Shown in pieces: positions 16,970-27,316 of a stretch of 51,450 bases of DNA. Under the pieces are notes generated by a model. The model was given only the letters and a program-made list of their open reading frames with translations. It ran no database searches and was not told the origin of the DNA. The stretch covers positions 1-51,450 of the IMG/VR virus record IMGVR_UViG_3300031650_000002, one strand, 5' to 3'. The position numbers and the translations under genes are program-made. Position 1 is the first letter of the stretch. The number at the start of each line of letters is the position of its first letter. This DNA is from a virus. Taxonomy: Duplodnaviria; Caudoviricetes.

Positions 16970-17743
16970 TTATTCTCTTATCGTAAATGTAAGTCCATCG
17001 GAATCTAACACTGGACTTCCATCAGAATCTAAGAAATCATCATAAACAATTGCTATGGTAAATACCAAATTACTCACATCATATCCATTTGTTTCAGTAA
17101 TTTTCACCAGACATATTGAAGAATCTATATAGGGAATTGTCCAGCTATAAATTCCGTCACTCGTTGTTTCATAATTAATTACCCTCCAAGATGCTCCATT
17201 GTCATCACTATATTCTATCTTTACATTAGTTACGCCATCGCTATCCCAGGTTATATTATGGCTCGTTCCCGGTTGCCAGTTTTCTCCTCCGTTAGGAGAA
17301 ATGACAAAAACAAAAGTTGGCACTATTATAGGAACAGGTTCTCTTAATGGAATATAAAACTTGCCCACCAACTTATCTCCGTCCCATTTCGTCAAAATAT
17401 TAAATGTTGAATTTTCTTTAAAATATACATTGTAAACCATGCTTCCGTATGGCAATTTTAGGGTATGCAGACCCGAACTTACCAATACCGTTTTAAAAGC
17501 ATTTAATTTTGTCAAGAAATCTATTTTTGAATCAGCTACAATATGGCAAATTAATCTGACATTTCGAGCATCCCAATATATATCTTCTTCGTCTGTAAAT
17601 GATTGCACCCCATTGGAATCTTCCCAACTGTACTCAGTTACCCCTTTCCGTTTTGGAAAATCCCAGAATCCGCTTGATTTTTCTACGTATATTCCGTATG
17701 TATCTGCTAAATCTAAACCGTCGAATAGGTAATTTTTTTGCAT
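16970..17743 (-). CDS. distal tail (Dit-like) protein with C-terminal Ig-like SPNGGE domain
   Basis: Directly after the tape measure gene; YLFDGLDLADTYGI start; VISPNGGENW domain. Confidence 0.75.
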   Translation of the reverse strand: MQKNYLFDGLDLADTYGIYVEKSSGFWDFPKRKGVTEYSWEDSNGVQSFTDEEDIYWDARNVRLICHIVADSKIDFLTKLNAFKTVLVSSGLHTLKLPYGSMVYNVYFKENSTFNILTKWDGDKLVGKFYIPLREPVPIIVPTFVFVISPNGGENWQPGTSHNITWDSDGVTNVKIEYSDDNGASWRVINYETTSDGIYSWTIPYIDSSICLVKITETNGYDVSNLVFTIAIVYDDFLDSDGSPVLDSDGLTFTIRE

Positions 17744-17744
17744 A

Positions 17745-20700
17745 TTAACTGCCTCCTATACCCCTTAAAGTTTCATTTTCTAAAGAGCCACCTGTATTCA
17801 TTTTATTCCAGATATTCTCTAAATATTTATTGTATTCGGTATTATCGGCAATTCTCGAATTGATTATTATAATATTCTCCATATTAGAAAGTATACTTAC
17901 GGTATTTATTCTAATTGCCTGGAATTGGCCAGCCAATAATCCTGCTGTTTCTTCTGTTATACCTGCAATAGCCCCGGTTAAACCTGTTACACTTGGAATC
18001 GCCCCCACTGCCTCTTCTAATCCTAGACCTGCTGCTTCTAATATATCTGCAAATGCACCCCATTCTGTTTCTATATCTTCAAGCATATTTTGAAATGTTG
18101 TTGATAGAAATTCTATATCCTGAGCTGTTAACCCTCCATCAGGAGTGCCAAGTCCGAGAAGACCTGCAAATCCACCTCCAGATAATATACTAAATAAATT
18201 ATACCAATCCTCAATATATTTCGTGATTATGGTTCTTTTAAAGGCATCTACAATCGCCTTTTTCATCATATCGTTAAAAGTGTCGGCGAAAACTTGGGCC
18301 GAGTCTAATCCTTGAGAAAATCCCTCTGCAATAGCATCAGCGATTGTTTCGGCAGTAGTTCCAGTGAGGATTTGTTGATATTGTTGGTTCAAATTAAATA
18401 TTTCTGCATTCACACTTTCTATGGAAGATAACCAATTATCTATTGCTTCTTGATTAGTCTCATCCCATGTCCACCATAGGAATTGTCCATAAGCTGCCTC
18501 TTCTGCAGCTATCAGATCATAATATACATCAATCTGCTCTTGCAATAAGGCGATTCTCTCTTTTATTGCTGCTGTTTCTGCTATTCCTGTTGCCTGATTC
18601 AATATATACTGTTGTGCCTGTAATTCAAGAGTAATCTTTTTTAACTCTTCTTCTAATTCTGGAACATCAGTTTTATGTTGCACAAACAAATTAATAATAC
18701 TGCTTATAATAGTTGCGATTCCACCTAAGGCTGTTGCAATACCACCAATACCACCCATAGAAAACCCAGAGGCTATTTGTCCAATTCCACTTACTAAATC
18801 AGCCATATCATTTATAGCTTCTTTAAGTTCGGAATCAAAATTACCTACGGCATCAGCTAAGTTATGCAGTGCATTTACAGTATCATCGATTTCACTTCTC
18901 ACGTTTTCCCAGATCTGCTTTTGTGATTCGGCAATTGCTTCATCGATTTTAATTATTTCGTTGCGATAATTAGCATATTCTAATTTCATTGCTTCAAGAG
19001 TCTTAATTTTATTTTCTAATTCTTTATTATTTAAATCTTCCCCAAATGCTGCTAATTTCTCATTAACTTCTTTTGTTGCTTCGCTTGCTTCTATTTCTGC
19101 AATAAGCATTTCTTCTATATTTTTTAATCTTTCTTTTTCATATTCATCGTCCGTTAATAATAATAATTCAGCGGTCTTTTTATGGATAGAAATAATTTTT
19201 TCTTCCGTGGTCTGGTAAGCAGCAAAATAAGAATCTAATAATTCTCTTTTTTCTTTGGCTGCTGCTTTTTCTATTTTAATTATTTCCTGTAATTTATTTC
19301 TTATAAATTCAACACGTTCTACATCAATTACTTTTTCTGCTTCGAGTTCTTTCAATTTCGCTTCAAGTCTTTTGACATAGGCTTCTTTTTCTTCCCCTAT
19401 TTGCTTTTCCCAGCCCTCTTTGAATATAGCCAATTTTGCTTCTGCTATTTCTTTATCATATTTAAGATTAATTTCTTTTTCATTTTCTTTATGCTTTTCA
19501 ATAGTCAATAAATACTCATCAGTGCCTTCTTTATAATTTATAATTATAGCTTCAAAATCATCTTTTTCAGCCTTAAGGTCTTTTTCTCTTGCTTCTGCAA
19601 TATATGCAAAGAGCTCATCTTCTATCTTCTTCTTTTTTTCTATTACTGTCTTGTTATATTCATATATATCATCAGTAATTATTTTGGTTAAATCGGCATT
19701 GCCCTTATATTTTTCCAGCATATCGGAAAGATATTGACCGTAGTTTTCAGCGTCTTTGAATAATTGTACGTTAAGTTTTATTACTTCCTCTTCCCCTAAT
19801 TCAGCTATATCGCTTAAATATAGTTTATATCGGCTTGCCATATATTTTAACTGGGCTTCTACTTCTTCGGTATCAATAGTAACTGTGGTTATGGTTTTGG
19901 GGCCTCCATTGCCTTTATCGGGTTTAGGAGTTGCAATCGGCTTGCCTTGTTTTAATGCTTCTTCTAATTTATTTATTTCTTCCCTTTGAATCCTTACCGC
20001 TTCCGTTGTTTTCTCCACATCAAGCCTTAATTGTATTTCTGTTTTGCCCACTTTCAATTCCGCTGTTGCCAAATCAAGCATTGTTTCCTCAAGGTTTGTA
20101 TCTTTTGCAAATAATGCATCGGTAACTTCTTTTATTAATTTTATTTGCCTTTCGGTAGTATCCTCTCCCAGTTTCATATCTTCTTGAATGTCACGTATTC
20201 TTCCACCAAAATTCATGACTGATATTCCTGCTCCATCATATACTTCAATAAGTGCTTTTATCTGTTTAGTATAATCATCACCATAATACATGCTCATTGT
20301 TCGAAAAAGTTCCTTAATAGGAGCAGTCTGTCTATTACTGATTTCTTCATACCAAGTAGCTACTTTTTCTTTTAATCTTTTTACTTCTTTATTTGCTTCA
20401 TCCTCACTTCTTTCAAATCTTGTCAATGCTATTGCTGCTTGCTTTTCCTCAATTTCTGCTAAAGTTAATTCTGTTTTCATAATTCGTAAAGTTGCTTCTG
20501 CAGTTTCCTCTTTGGCTGCGGTTAGAATATCAAAGTCTGCCCCAGCTTCTCTGGCAGCTTTTCCAAGATTTGGTAAGAGAGTAATTAAGGCATCTTCGGC
20601 AGATTTTAATTCAATCGATACATCTTTACCCTCTTTTAATTTACTTCGTAAATCCTCTATTTTAGCGGTTAATTCATCAATCCTACTCTGTTTTCTTCGC

Positions 20701-21872
20701 AAAGTATCTGCTAATTCTGAATATGCACGGCTCATATTAGATAGTGAATCAGTAGCACCGCTCATGGCTATATTAATTCCTTTGGCTATACCGTTCATAG
20801 ATTTTAATATTTCGTCTCCGAGAGGTTTTAATTTAGCCATTACATTATTATGCAAGATAGATAATTGATTTTCGGTGGTGTCCATCATGGTGGCAAAGGC
20901 TTTATCGGTAGCACCTAAAGAATTTTCTATCTCATTTAAGGTCTTATTATAATTTTCTCCTTCGTTTGTCATAACTGCCAATAATCCGATAAGTCCACGA
21001 ACATTAGGGAATAATTCCATTAATTTTTGTTTTTGGCCTTCGGTTGCATCACTCATTTGTTTTAACATGTATTCAAGGCCTTTTGATTTTAATGTAGCTA
21101 TATCAAATTCAATCCCCATTTCTTTAGCTGCTTTGGCTGCTTCAGCACCTTCTTTTGATGCACGAAGTAAGGCAGTAACAAATCCTCTTATACCGGTAGA
21201 AACAATATGAGGTTGTATCTTCTTGACCGCCTCAGCATAAAAAGCACCGAGGTCATTAAAGCTCATCCCAGCTTCAGCAGCAAGTCCTGTTACCATAGAT
21301 AAAGTTGGGCCCAACTCTTCCATTTTTACTTTACCTAATTTAACTATGGTAAATAATTTATCAGATATTTCAGCGGCAGTTCCAGCGGCTTCTCCATAGG
21401 CGTTCATTACATAGGTCAAGGCGTCTGCGGCGGTAAAGGTATCAGTTACAGAGGCAGTAGCAAGTTCAGCGGAAGTTTTAAGGATATCCATAGCTTCCGC
21501 CCCGTCATAGCCAGCCGACACGATTTGATAAAGAGCTTTGGTCAACTTTTGGGCATTATCTGGGACGGTCTTTGACATATTGATAATTTCTTGAGAGATT
21601 CCTTTGAAATTATCTTGTGTCGCTTTGGAAATAGTCTGGACTTCTTTCATTGCTGTTTCGAATTCTTTGGAGAAGTTGTAGGCTTGCTTAGATATTTTAG
21701 CAAAGACAAGAGCAGAACCTATTGCAAGTCCGGCAAAAATATCCATCTTGGTTATTGATTTTGATAACGTTGCCAATATCCCTTTGGCTTGTGTAGAACC
21801 AGCCATAAGACCAGCATTATCTAAAAAAGTTTTCCAATATAAAGAATCTGATCCGCCTACGTCTAAAGCCAT
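17745..21872 (-). CDS. tail tape measure protein (TP901-like core)
   Basis: 1375 aa, helical; FETAMKEVQTI, ALYQIVSAG, DKLFTIVKLGK motifs. Confidence 0.95.
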   Translation of the reverse strand: MALDVGGSDSLYWKTFLDNAGLMAGSTQAKGILATLSKSITKMDIFAGLAIGSALVFAKISKQAYNFSKEFETAMKEVQTISKATQDNFKGISQEIINMSKTVPDNAQKLTKALYQIVSAGYDGAEAMDILKTSAELATASVTDTFTAADALTYVMNAYGEAAGTAAEISDKLFTIVKLGKVKMEELGPTLSMVTGLAAEAGMSFNDLGAFYAEAVKKIQPHIVSTGIRGFVTALLRASKEGAEAAKAAKEMGIEFDIATLKSKGLEYMLKQMSDATEGQKQKLMELFPNVRGLIGLLAVMTNEGENYNKTLNEIENSLGATDKAFATMMDTTENQLSILHNNVMAKLKPLGDEILKSMNGIAKGINIAMSGATDSLSNMSRAYSELADTLRRKQSRIDELTAKIEDLRSKLKEGKDVSIELKSAEDALITLLPNLGKAAREAGADFDILTAAKEETAEATLRIMKTELTLAEIEEKQAAIALTRFERSEDEANKEVKRLKEKVATWYEEISNRQTAPIKELFRTMSMYYGDDYTKQIKALIEVYDGAGISVMNFGGRIRDIQEDMKLGEDTTERQIKLIKEVTDALFAKDTNLEETMLDLATAELKVGKTEIQLRLDVEKTTEAVRIQREEINKLEEALKQGKPIATPKPDKGNGGPKTITTVTIDTEEVEAQLKYMASRYKLYLSDIAELGEEEVIKLNVQLFKDAENYGQYLSDMLEKYKGNADLTKIITDDIYEYNKTVIEKKKKIEDELFAYIAEAREKDLKAEKDDFEAIIINYKEGTDEYLLTIEKHKENEKEINLKYDKEIAEAKLAIFKEGWEKQIGEEKEAYVKRLEAKLKELEAEKVIDVERVEFIRNKLQEIIKIEKAAAKEKRELLDSYFAAYQTTEEKIISIHKKTAELLLLTDDEYEKERLKNIEEMLIAEIEASEATKEVNEKLAAFGEDLNNKELENKIKTLEAMKLEYANYRNEIIKIDEAIAESQKQIWENVRSEIDDTVNALHNLADAVGNFDSELKEAINDMADLVSGIGQIASGFSMGGIGGIATALGGIATIISSIINLFVQHKTDVPELEEELKKITLELQAQQYILNQATGIAETAAIKERIALLQEQIDVYYDLIAAEEAAYGQFLWWTWDETNQEAIDNWLSSIESVNAEIFNLNQQYQQILTGTTAETIADAIAEGFSQGLDSAQVFADTFNDMMKKAIVDAFKRTIITKYIEDWYNLFSILSGGGFAGLLGLGTPDGGLTAQDIEFLSTTFQNMLEDIETEWGAFADILEAAGLGLEEAVGAIPSVTGLTGAIAGITEETAGLLAGQFQAIRINTVSILSNMENIIIINSRIADNTEYNKYLENIWNKMNTGGSLENETLRGIGGS

Positions 21873-21873
21873 A

Positions 21874-23037
21874 TCATTTCACCTCAATTAAATTCTTTTT
21901 TGCATTCCCCTCGTTAAAAATATCCCAGCGTAAGGGCAATTTATTATCATTTAATCGAATACCTTCATTAATATAGTCCCCAGCCTTATTGTAGTTCTTC
22001 TTCTCAAATTCATAAGTAGCCAGCCAGTTGAGTATTTCGGGAATAATTATCTTTGTATTACTGATCAATAACTGATCATATAAACTACCTTCACTATTTA
22101 CGATATTAAGAGCTATTTCAAAATTTTCTCGAGCTTTTTCGTTGTCTTTACCTGCCCAGTAGTTACCGATCATTAAATATATTTGAGAAATTCTACTTGA
22201 ATAATGGCAGGCTTCCCTTTCTATTCTTTCGGCATTTTCTATATCATTAAGTACTAAGTAAGATCCTACCAAATTAACAAATACCTCTAAAAAAGCTGTC
22301 CAGCCCTCATTATAATTTTCTTTTCTCATCTTTTTTATCCATATTTCCCCATATTTAATTGTATTTTTGAAGTCTCTTGTTACATAATAGGTCTTTACCA
22401 AATGTGTTAGATTGTGTAAATTCTCCGGATGTTCTTTATATTCTTTTTGGAGCATAGGTAAACTGCGTTCCATTTTCTTCTCATATAACTTCTCCCCTTT
22501 TTCACCTTGAAAAATATATCCATAATGTTTAAATATTATATGAGGAGCAAAAAGATAAGGAGCCTTACAAATTGGTTTATTATGCACTGCTTGTTCGTAA
22601 TGAAAATCGCCATCATTTTTAAACAAACGTGGCTGTAACATTTCCGAATATTGCTTTAAATCTCTGGTGTGATAATTAAATAATTTTACAAATACAGAAG
22701 GCTCTTTATATTTTGGATTCAAGATTATATCCTCTAAAGGATATAAGCATTTTTGGTCAAGCTCTTCATCAGCGTCTAAAATAAGGATTTTATCTCCTGT
22801 AGCCTTTTTAATCCCATAATTACGAGCTTCGCTAAAATTCCAGGGGATAAATTCTTTTTTATATACCTTGTCGGTATATTCTTTAGCTACTTCTATAGTC
22901 CTATCAGTACTTCCCGTATCTGTTATTAATAATTCGCACCATTTTTCATGTATGATAGGAAGGAAACTATCTAAACACCGCTTAAGATTTGCCTCCTCGT
23001 TCTTAGTAATTAAGCACATTGATAATTTTGGTTTCAT
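21874..23037 (-). CDS. GT2 glycosyltransferase with TPR repeats
   Basis: LSMCLITKNEE, DTGSTDRT, NFSEARN, ILDADE, VHN, HYGY. Confidence 0.9.
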   Translation of the reverse strand: MKPKLSMCLITKNEEANLKRCLDSFLPIIHEKWCELLITDTGSTDRTIEVAKEYTDKVYKKEFIPWNFSEARNYGIKKATGDKILILDADEELDQKCLYPLEDIILNPKYKEPSVFVKLFNYHTRDLKQYSEMLQPRLFKNDGDFHYEQAVHNKPICKAPYLFAPHIIFKHYGYIFQGEKGEKLYEKKMERSLPMLQKEYKEHPENLHNLTHLVKTYYVTRDFKNTIKYGEIWIKKMRKENYNEGWTAFLEVFVNLVGSYLVLNDIENAERIEREACHYSSRISQIYLMIGNYWAGKDNEKARENFEIALNIVNSEGSLYDQLLISNTKIIIPEILNWLATYEFEKKNYNKAGDYINEGIRLNDNKLPLRWDIFNEGNAKKNLIEVK

Positions 23038-23049
23038 TGATTCTCCTCT

Positions 23050-23258
23050 CTACAATAAATCTTTTATATCATTTATATCCTTTATTTCTAATTTATTTGC
23101 TTTTTTCTTCTTCTCGTTCTCGAGATCATATGAAGGGATACTGTTCATTAGCATTGCAAGATTTATGAATGAATATCCCCACAATACATCTTCCATAGTT
23201 AGCGAAGGAAAGTAATGCAAAATCCCACCAATAACTCTCCAGGGATTTAGGTTTTTTT
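23050..23258 (-). CDS. tail assembly chaperone -1 frameshift extension (gpT-like)
   Basis: Open -1 frame NLNPWRVIGGILHYFPSLTMEDVLWGYSFINLAMLMNSIPSY... entered at the A7 run (23252-23258) just before the chaperone stop. Confidence 0.75.
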
Positions 23259-23795
23259 GTTCGCCAGCAGATTCATTCCCTTTAGGCTGGCAAGCGAAGC
23301 TAAAAAAGGGGAGACGTCCATTTGTTGAATCACTAAAGTCAAAACTTTTAATCCTTCCTTTGCCGTCAAGTTTTCGTTTAGGAATTTGATTAATCTTCTG
23401 GATGGTTCTTTTTCACTATTCACAATCCCGTAAGCAATCATCTTAATTAATTTATCTTTATTTTCGACTATATTTTTAGCCCCTAAATCCAGGATATTGA
23501 CTTCTTTCCCTTTATTATTTCCCTCATCTTTCATAACTCCCAATAATTCTTTGGTATCTAAATCCAATAAAATCTTACTAATCTTCAAAAGCGTCCCCAT
23601 TCGAATAGGGTAAATAACAAATTTTCGTTTAATGGGAATTAAATTAAGCTTATGAAGTATATTCGTTTTGCTTACGGTTATTTCAAAATCTACCCCTTTT
23701 TCTAAAATGGAATCTATAGCATTTTGACGAACTTGGTTATCGTCTTTGGTATCCAATGGAACTTTAACTTTCTCTTTAGACTTTTTCTTCGACAT
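23247..23795 (-). CDS. tail assembly chaperone (gpG-like)
   Basis: Between major tail and tape measure genes; ends AAC AAA AAA ACC TAA. Confidence 0.75.
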   Translation of the reverse strand: MSKKKSKEKVKVPLDTKDDNQVRQNAIDSILEKGVDFEITVSKTNILHKLNLIPIKRKFVIYPIRMGTLLKISKILLDLDTKELLGVMKDEGNNKGKEVNILDLGAKNIVENKDKLIKMIAYGIVNSEKEPSRRLIKFLNENLTAKEGLKVLTLVIQQMDVSPFLASLASLKGMNLLANKKT

Positions 23796-24381
23796 ATTTT
23801 CTCCTTTTTAATATAAAATAATCCTTCCAGAAATTTCTATTAATATTAACTTTACTGTTACAACTTCCACAAAGTGCTGTTAAATTATCTGGTAAACAAT
23901 TTCTCTTGACATAGTCAATATGATGTATACTAAGTTTTCTTATATTCTCTATTTCAGGCATACCACATAATTGACATTTATATCCGTCTCTTTGTCTTAT
24001 TAATTCTTTAAGTTGCCGATTAAATTCAACAGTATAAGGCTCAAAAGAAAGCCCGCCTCGCCAATTAGGATTTTTTTTACCAGCAAATATACCTTTACGA
24101 GTTTCACTCATTTTTTTCCTTGTTTCTTCTGTTGGATGCATATTTAAATGAGCGATTCTTAATTTTTCTTTTGATTCTTCTGAATGGTGTTTGCCTAACC
24201 TGCCAGAAGGTTTGCCTTTAAAAGCAATACTTATTCTTTTCTTAGTTTCTTCTGTACGATGTTGACCTAAATTGGAAAGTCTTATTTTTTCTTTAGTTTT
24301 TTCTGTGGGGTGTTTTCCTAACATAGCAAGTCTCTGTTTATTTTTATGTTCTTCTGTTCGTTCATATACCCCAGTTGGCAT
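23776..24381 (-). CDS. NUMOD3-repeat HNH homing endonuclease
   Basis: GKHHSEESKEK repeats; RDGYKCQLCG, LSIHHID, LCGSCN. Confidence 0.9.
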   Translation of the reverse strand: MPTGVYERTEEHKNKQRLAMLGKHPTEKTKEKIRLSNLGQHRTEETKKRISIAFKGKPSGRLGKHHSEESKEKLRIAHLNMHPTEETRKKMSETRKGIFAGKKNPNWRGGLSFEPYTVEFNRQLKELIRQRDGYKCQLCGMPEIENIRKLSIHHIDYVKRNCLPDNLTALCGSCNSKVNINRNFWKDYFILKRRKYVEEKV

Positions 24382-24403
24382 TTTTGCCTCCTTTTTTTAA
24401 ATG

Positions 24404-24446
24404 TTATACCCGCCCTAAAATATTACTATCATAGAGCGGGTAATAT
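24404..24446. terminator. hairpin after the major tail gene
   Basis: TACCCGCCCTA...TAGAGCGGGTA stem. Confidence 0.5.
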
Positions 24447-24455
24447 AATCATTGC

Positions 24456-24971
24456 CTACCCTGCAACTTGTGTAATTACTATTGGGGATATCTGTGTCGA
24501 ACTGGCAGGAATCATTACATCGCAAGAGAAACTAATCTGGCCTGATTCTGTTTTGGTAAACCGCAAATCCCCTCCAGCCTTGACAGAAGCTCTGGGAATC
24601 TGAATCTTTAACTGGAATCCTTTTATGACTTTAGATATTGCTTCTATACAGCTTTCCTTTATAACGGCAGCAGTCACGGCAGCACTCCATACTGTTCCTG
24701 CGGCAGATCCACCAAAAGCCTCTATTAATACAGCAGTACCCATATCCCTTGTAGCAAATTCGATAGTTTTCTTACTTGTGCCCAAAATAGATATATCGGG
24801 AAGGTCTGTTTCTTCTACAAAAAGGTCAGTACTTGCGGGGGCTTCTATGATAAGATGGGCACTGTCAGGAACAGTAGGGGATATTGTTGAAAGCGTAGTT
24901 CCCATTACTCCAGTTACTCCTACAGCTCCAATTCTTATACTTTCAAGTCCAATTAATCGAATGTTTGACAT
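24456..24971 (-). CDS. major tail (tube) protein
   Basis: Position after the neck genes; 171 aa; KIQIPRASVKA motif. Confidence 0.75.
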   Translation of the reverse strand: MSNIRLIGLESIRIGAVGVTGVMGTTLSTISPTVPDSAHLIIEAPASTDLFVEETDLPDISILGTSKKTIEFATRDMGTAVLIEAFGGSAAGTVWSAAVTAAVIKESCIEAISKVIKGFQLKIQIPRASVKAGGDLRFTKTESGQISFSCDVMIPASSTQISPIVITQVAG

Positions 24972-24989
24972 TAATATTCACCTCTTTCT

Positions 24990-25856
24990 TTATTTTTTTA
25001 CTTTATTTAATTTATTTAAAATATTTTCTTCATTAACTTCAATTTCATTAAAATATACTATTTCCCAGCCATACTGTTTAAACACTTCTGACCTTTGGAT
25101 TTTCCAATCTTCTATGCTTATATGATTTCTTTTCTTGTAGTATCTGGCATAAACCTCTATTGCTATTTTTTCGCTGTTAGTATTAATAAAATCAGGATTA
25201 TACCTGCCTATAATAAAAGAACCATCACCAACATATTTATAAGGCAAATTATGTTTATCCACTATAGATTGAAACTTTTCTTCTAAGCTCGTTGGGATTC
25301 GCCTGCATAGAATCTTTTTAAGCACTTCTTTTGTGTAATGGGAATGAGCAATTCTATTTTTTTCTTTACTCTCTTCTGTATGACGTTTACCGTAAAAATG
25401 ATTATTTTCACCACTTATTGCTATACTAATTTTTCTTTTCGTTTCTTCTGAAACTAAATGCCCTTTATGAGATTCGCTCATTTTTTCTATAATCTCTTTT
25501 AAGAAATGTTTATTTTTATTCCAAGGAATATTACCTAAGTGGCCAAGCCCTATCTTTTCTTTAGTTTCTTCTGAATGATGTTTGCCTTTCATAGGAGAAG
25601 GTCTACCCGAATTAGCAATACTCATCTTTTGTAAGGTCTCATCACTTAGATTTTCTCTCAAATGAGCAATCCTCATTTTTTCTCTGGATTCTTTAGTTGG
25701 AGATTCTAAATGTTTACCTAAATTGGCAAAACTTATTTTCATTTTATGTTCTTTACTTAAAGATTTACCTAATTTAGCATTTCTCATTTTTTCTAAAGTT
25801 TCCTCTAAATAGACTCCAGTTTTCCCTTTATTCCAAGGAATTTGACCTATAGGCAT
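24990..25856 (-). CDS. NUMOD3-repeat endonuclease with DUF559/Vsr-like domain
   Basis: PWNKG and GKHHSEETK repeats; TSLE...PDF...IAIEV...YGWEIV. Confidence 0.85.
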   Translation of the reverse strand: MPIGQIPWNKGKTGVYLEETLEKMRNAKLGKSLSKEHKMKISFANLGKHLESPTKESREKMRIAHLRENLSDETLQKMSIANSGRPSPMKGKHHSEETKEKIGLGHLGNIPWNKNKHFLKEIIEKMSESHKGHLVSEETKRKISIAISGENNHFYGKRHTEESKEKNRIAHSHYTKEVLKKILCRRIPTSLEEKFQSIVDKHNLPYKYVGDGSFIIGRYNPDFINTNSEKIAIEVYARYYKKRNHISIEDWKIQRSEVFKQYGWEIVYFNEIEVNEENILNKLNKVKK

Positions 25857-25868
25857 TTATGTATCTCC

Positions 25869-26267
25869 TTATTTCTCGATATAGCACTGTAGACGTATAC
25901 TTGTATATGACATAGATATTTGTTCATTGTCCTGTAATAATATTTGGCTTGTGATATCAAAAACATAATAATTATTCGTAGCGTTATATCCTTCAATTAC
26001 TGCCACCACCGCATCAGTTACTGCTCTTAATCGTGTGATATCAGGAGTGCTATTGACAAAATTCTTACAAAAGCAATTGATAATAAAAACAGAATCATTT
26101 GTAATTTCGCTACCTACATAATTCGACAAAGGCAGTATAACTATATCTTGTAGTTCGCTGTTTAAGGGCTTCTTATTCCTATAAATTCCACCATCAATAG
26201 TAGTTTTCACACTGGCTACATTAATAACCGGATAAAGTATATCTAAAATGTCAATCGTGGTTTTCAC
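25869..26267 (-). CDS. tail completion/terminator protein
   Basis: Synteny and size (132 aa). Confidence 0.65.
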   Translation of the reverse strand: MKTTIDILDILYPVINVASVKTTIDGGIYRNKKPLNSELQDIVILPLSNYVGSEITNDSVFIINCFCKNFVNSTPDITRLRAVTDAVVAVIEGYNATNNYYVFDITSQILLQDNEQISMSYTSIRLQCYIEK

Positions 26268-26707
26268 TACAATCCATACTCCTTTATCTTTTTCTTTAGA
26301 AGTGCCTTCGCTGCCGGTACGCTTCCGGTAATTACGTCTTTTCCTTTTGCCTCAACCGCCGCTGCATACTCCATGCCGGCGACCACAATCAGAATAAACC
26401 CTTTAGGATTTTCTCTTAATACTTCATCTGCTATTTTTTGACCTTGTGCCCTTCCTTCTGCAGTTTTCCCTTCAAACTTTCCTACAAGGATATTTCCATC
26501 CCTTGCCACAACATAACCAATAGAGCTTCTTAAATTTCCAGTTTGATCATGGAAAGAACCTGCTTCAGGTGTTTTTTCTCTGGCAGCATTAACACACGCT
26601 TCGCCTACCATAGCAAGTGTAGATATGATTCTTTTTTCGATACTTAGTACGAATCTGTCCACTCTATTATTTATACTACCTTGAGAGAAGCCAGGAATAA
26701 GCCCCAT
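26267..26707 (-). CDS. HK97 gp10-like neck protein
   Basis: DQTGNLRSSIGY and AGMEYAAAVE motifs. Confidence 0.85.
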   Translation of the reverse strand: MGLIPGFSQGSINNRVDRFVLSIEKRIISTLAMVGEACVNAAREKTPEAGSFHDQTGNLRSSIGYVVARDGNILVGKFEGKTAEGRAQGQKIADEVLRENPKGFILIVVAGMEYAAAVEAKGKDVITGSVPAAKALLKKKIKEYGL

Positions 26708-27016
26708 TTAACACTTTACCTCTACATGTTTCTGATATGGAAACAATTGCAAAATCACATGTTCTTTATTAAAAAAGGTTAATTTTGCATCATCGGGAAC
26801 ACTATTGACGCCGGTAAAAAGTGGAGACATGACGTACCAATTATATCCGATCATATTTCCCGATTCTCCTATGATATATTTAGTTGAATTCGGTTGGATA
26901 TTACAGACAATTCCTATAGTTATCAAAGTTCCGGGGGTATATATCCCGATTGAATTAATAGTCCCGGCACCATAATAGCTTATAGTCGCTGTATGTGGAT
27001 ATCTTTCTATTACCAT
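26708..27016 (-). CDS. head closure protein
   Basis: Synteny; beta-rich 102 aa. Confidence 0.6.
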   Translation of the reverse strand: MVIERYPHTATISYYGAGTINSIGIYTPGTLITIGIVCNIQPNSTKYIIGESGNMIGYNWYVMSPLFTGVNSVPDDAKLTFFNKEHVILQLFPYQKHVEVKC

Positions 27017-27303
27017 ATTGCTACTCCATTAACTGTTGCTTTGTCTTCACCGTATTTCTGTAAGATTCTTTTTGCCATTGCGATTAGCTGTGCTCCACTA
27101 TATTTAACTGAAAAAGCTCCTTCTCTTAATTCGGGATGTGCCGCCAGGGTAAAATAGAGAGAAGCGGCAGCTAAATCTATTTCTTTAGCGTTAGCTGCCG
27201 CATAAGTTCCACCTGTCGCAACGCCTCTGTCTAAAAGAAGTTTCTCTAACAGATTATTATTACTATATTCTGTTAAACTTTGTAGAGCTTCTTTATTTGT
27301 CAT
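27010..27303 (-). CDS. head-tail adaptor/connector
   Basis: Follows the capsid gene; LREGAFSVKY motif. Confidence 0.65.
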   Translation of the reverse strand: MTNKEALQSLTEYSNNNLLEKLLLDRGVATGGTYAAANAKEIDLAAASLYFTLAAHPELREGAFSVKYSGAQLIAMAKRILQKYGEDKATVNGVAIW

Positions 27304-27316
27304 CTACTTGCTCCTT

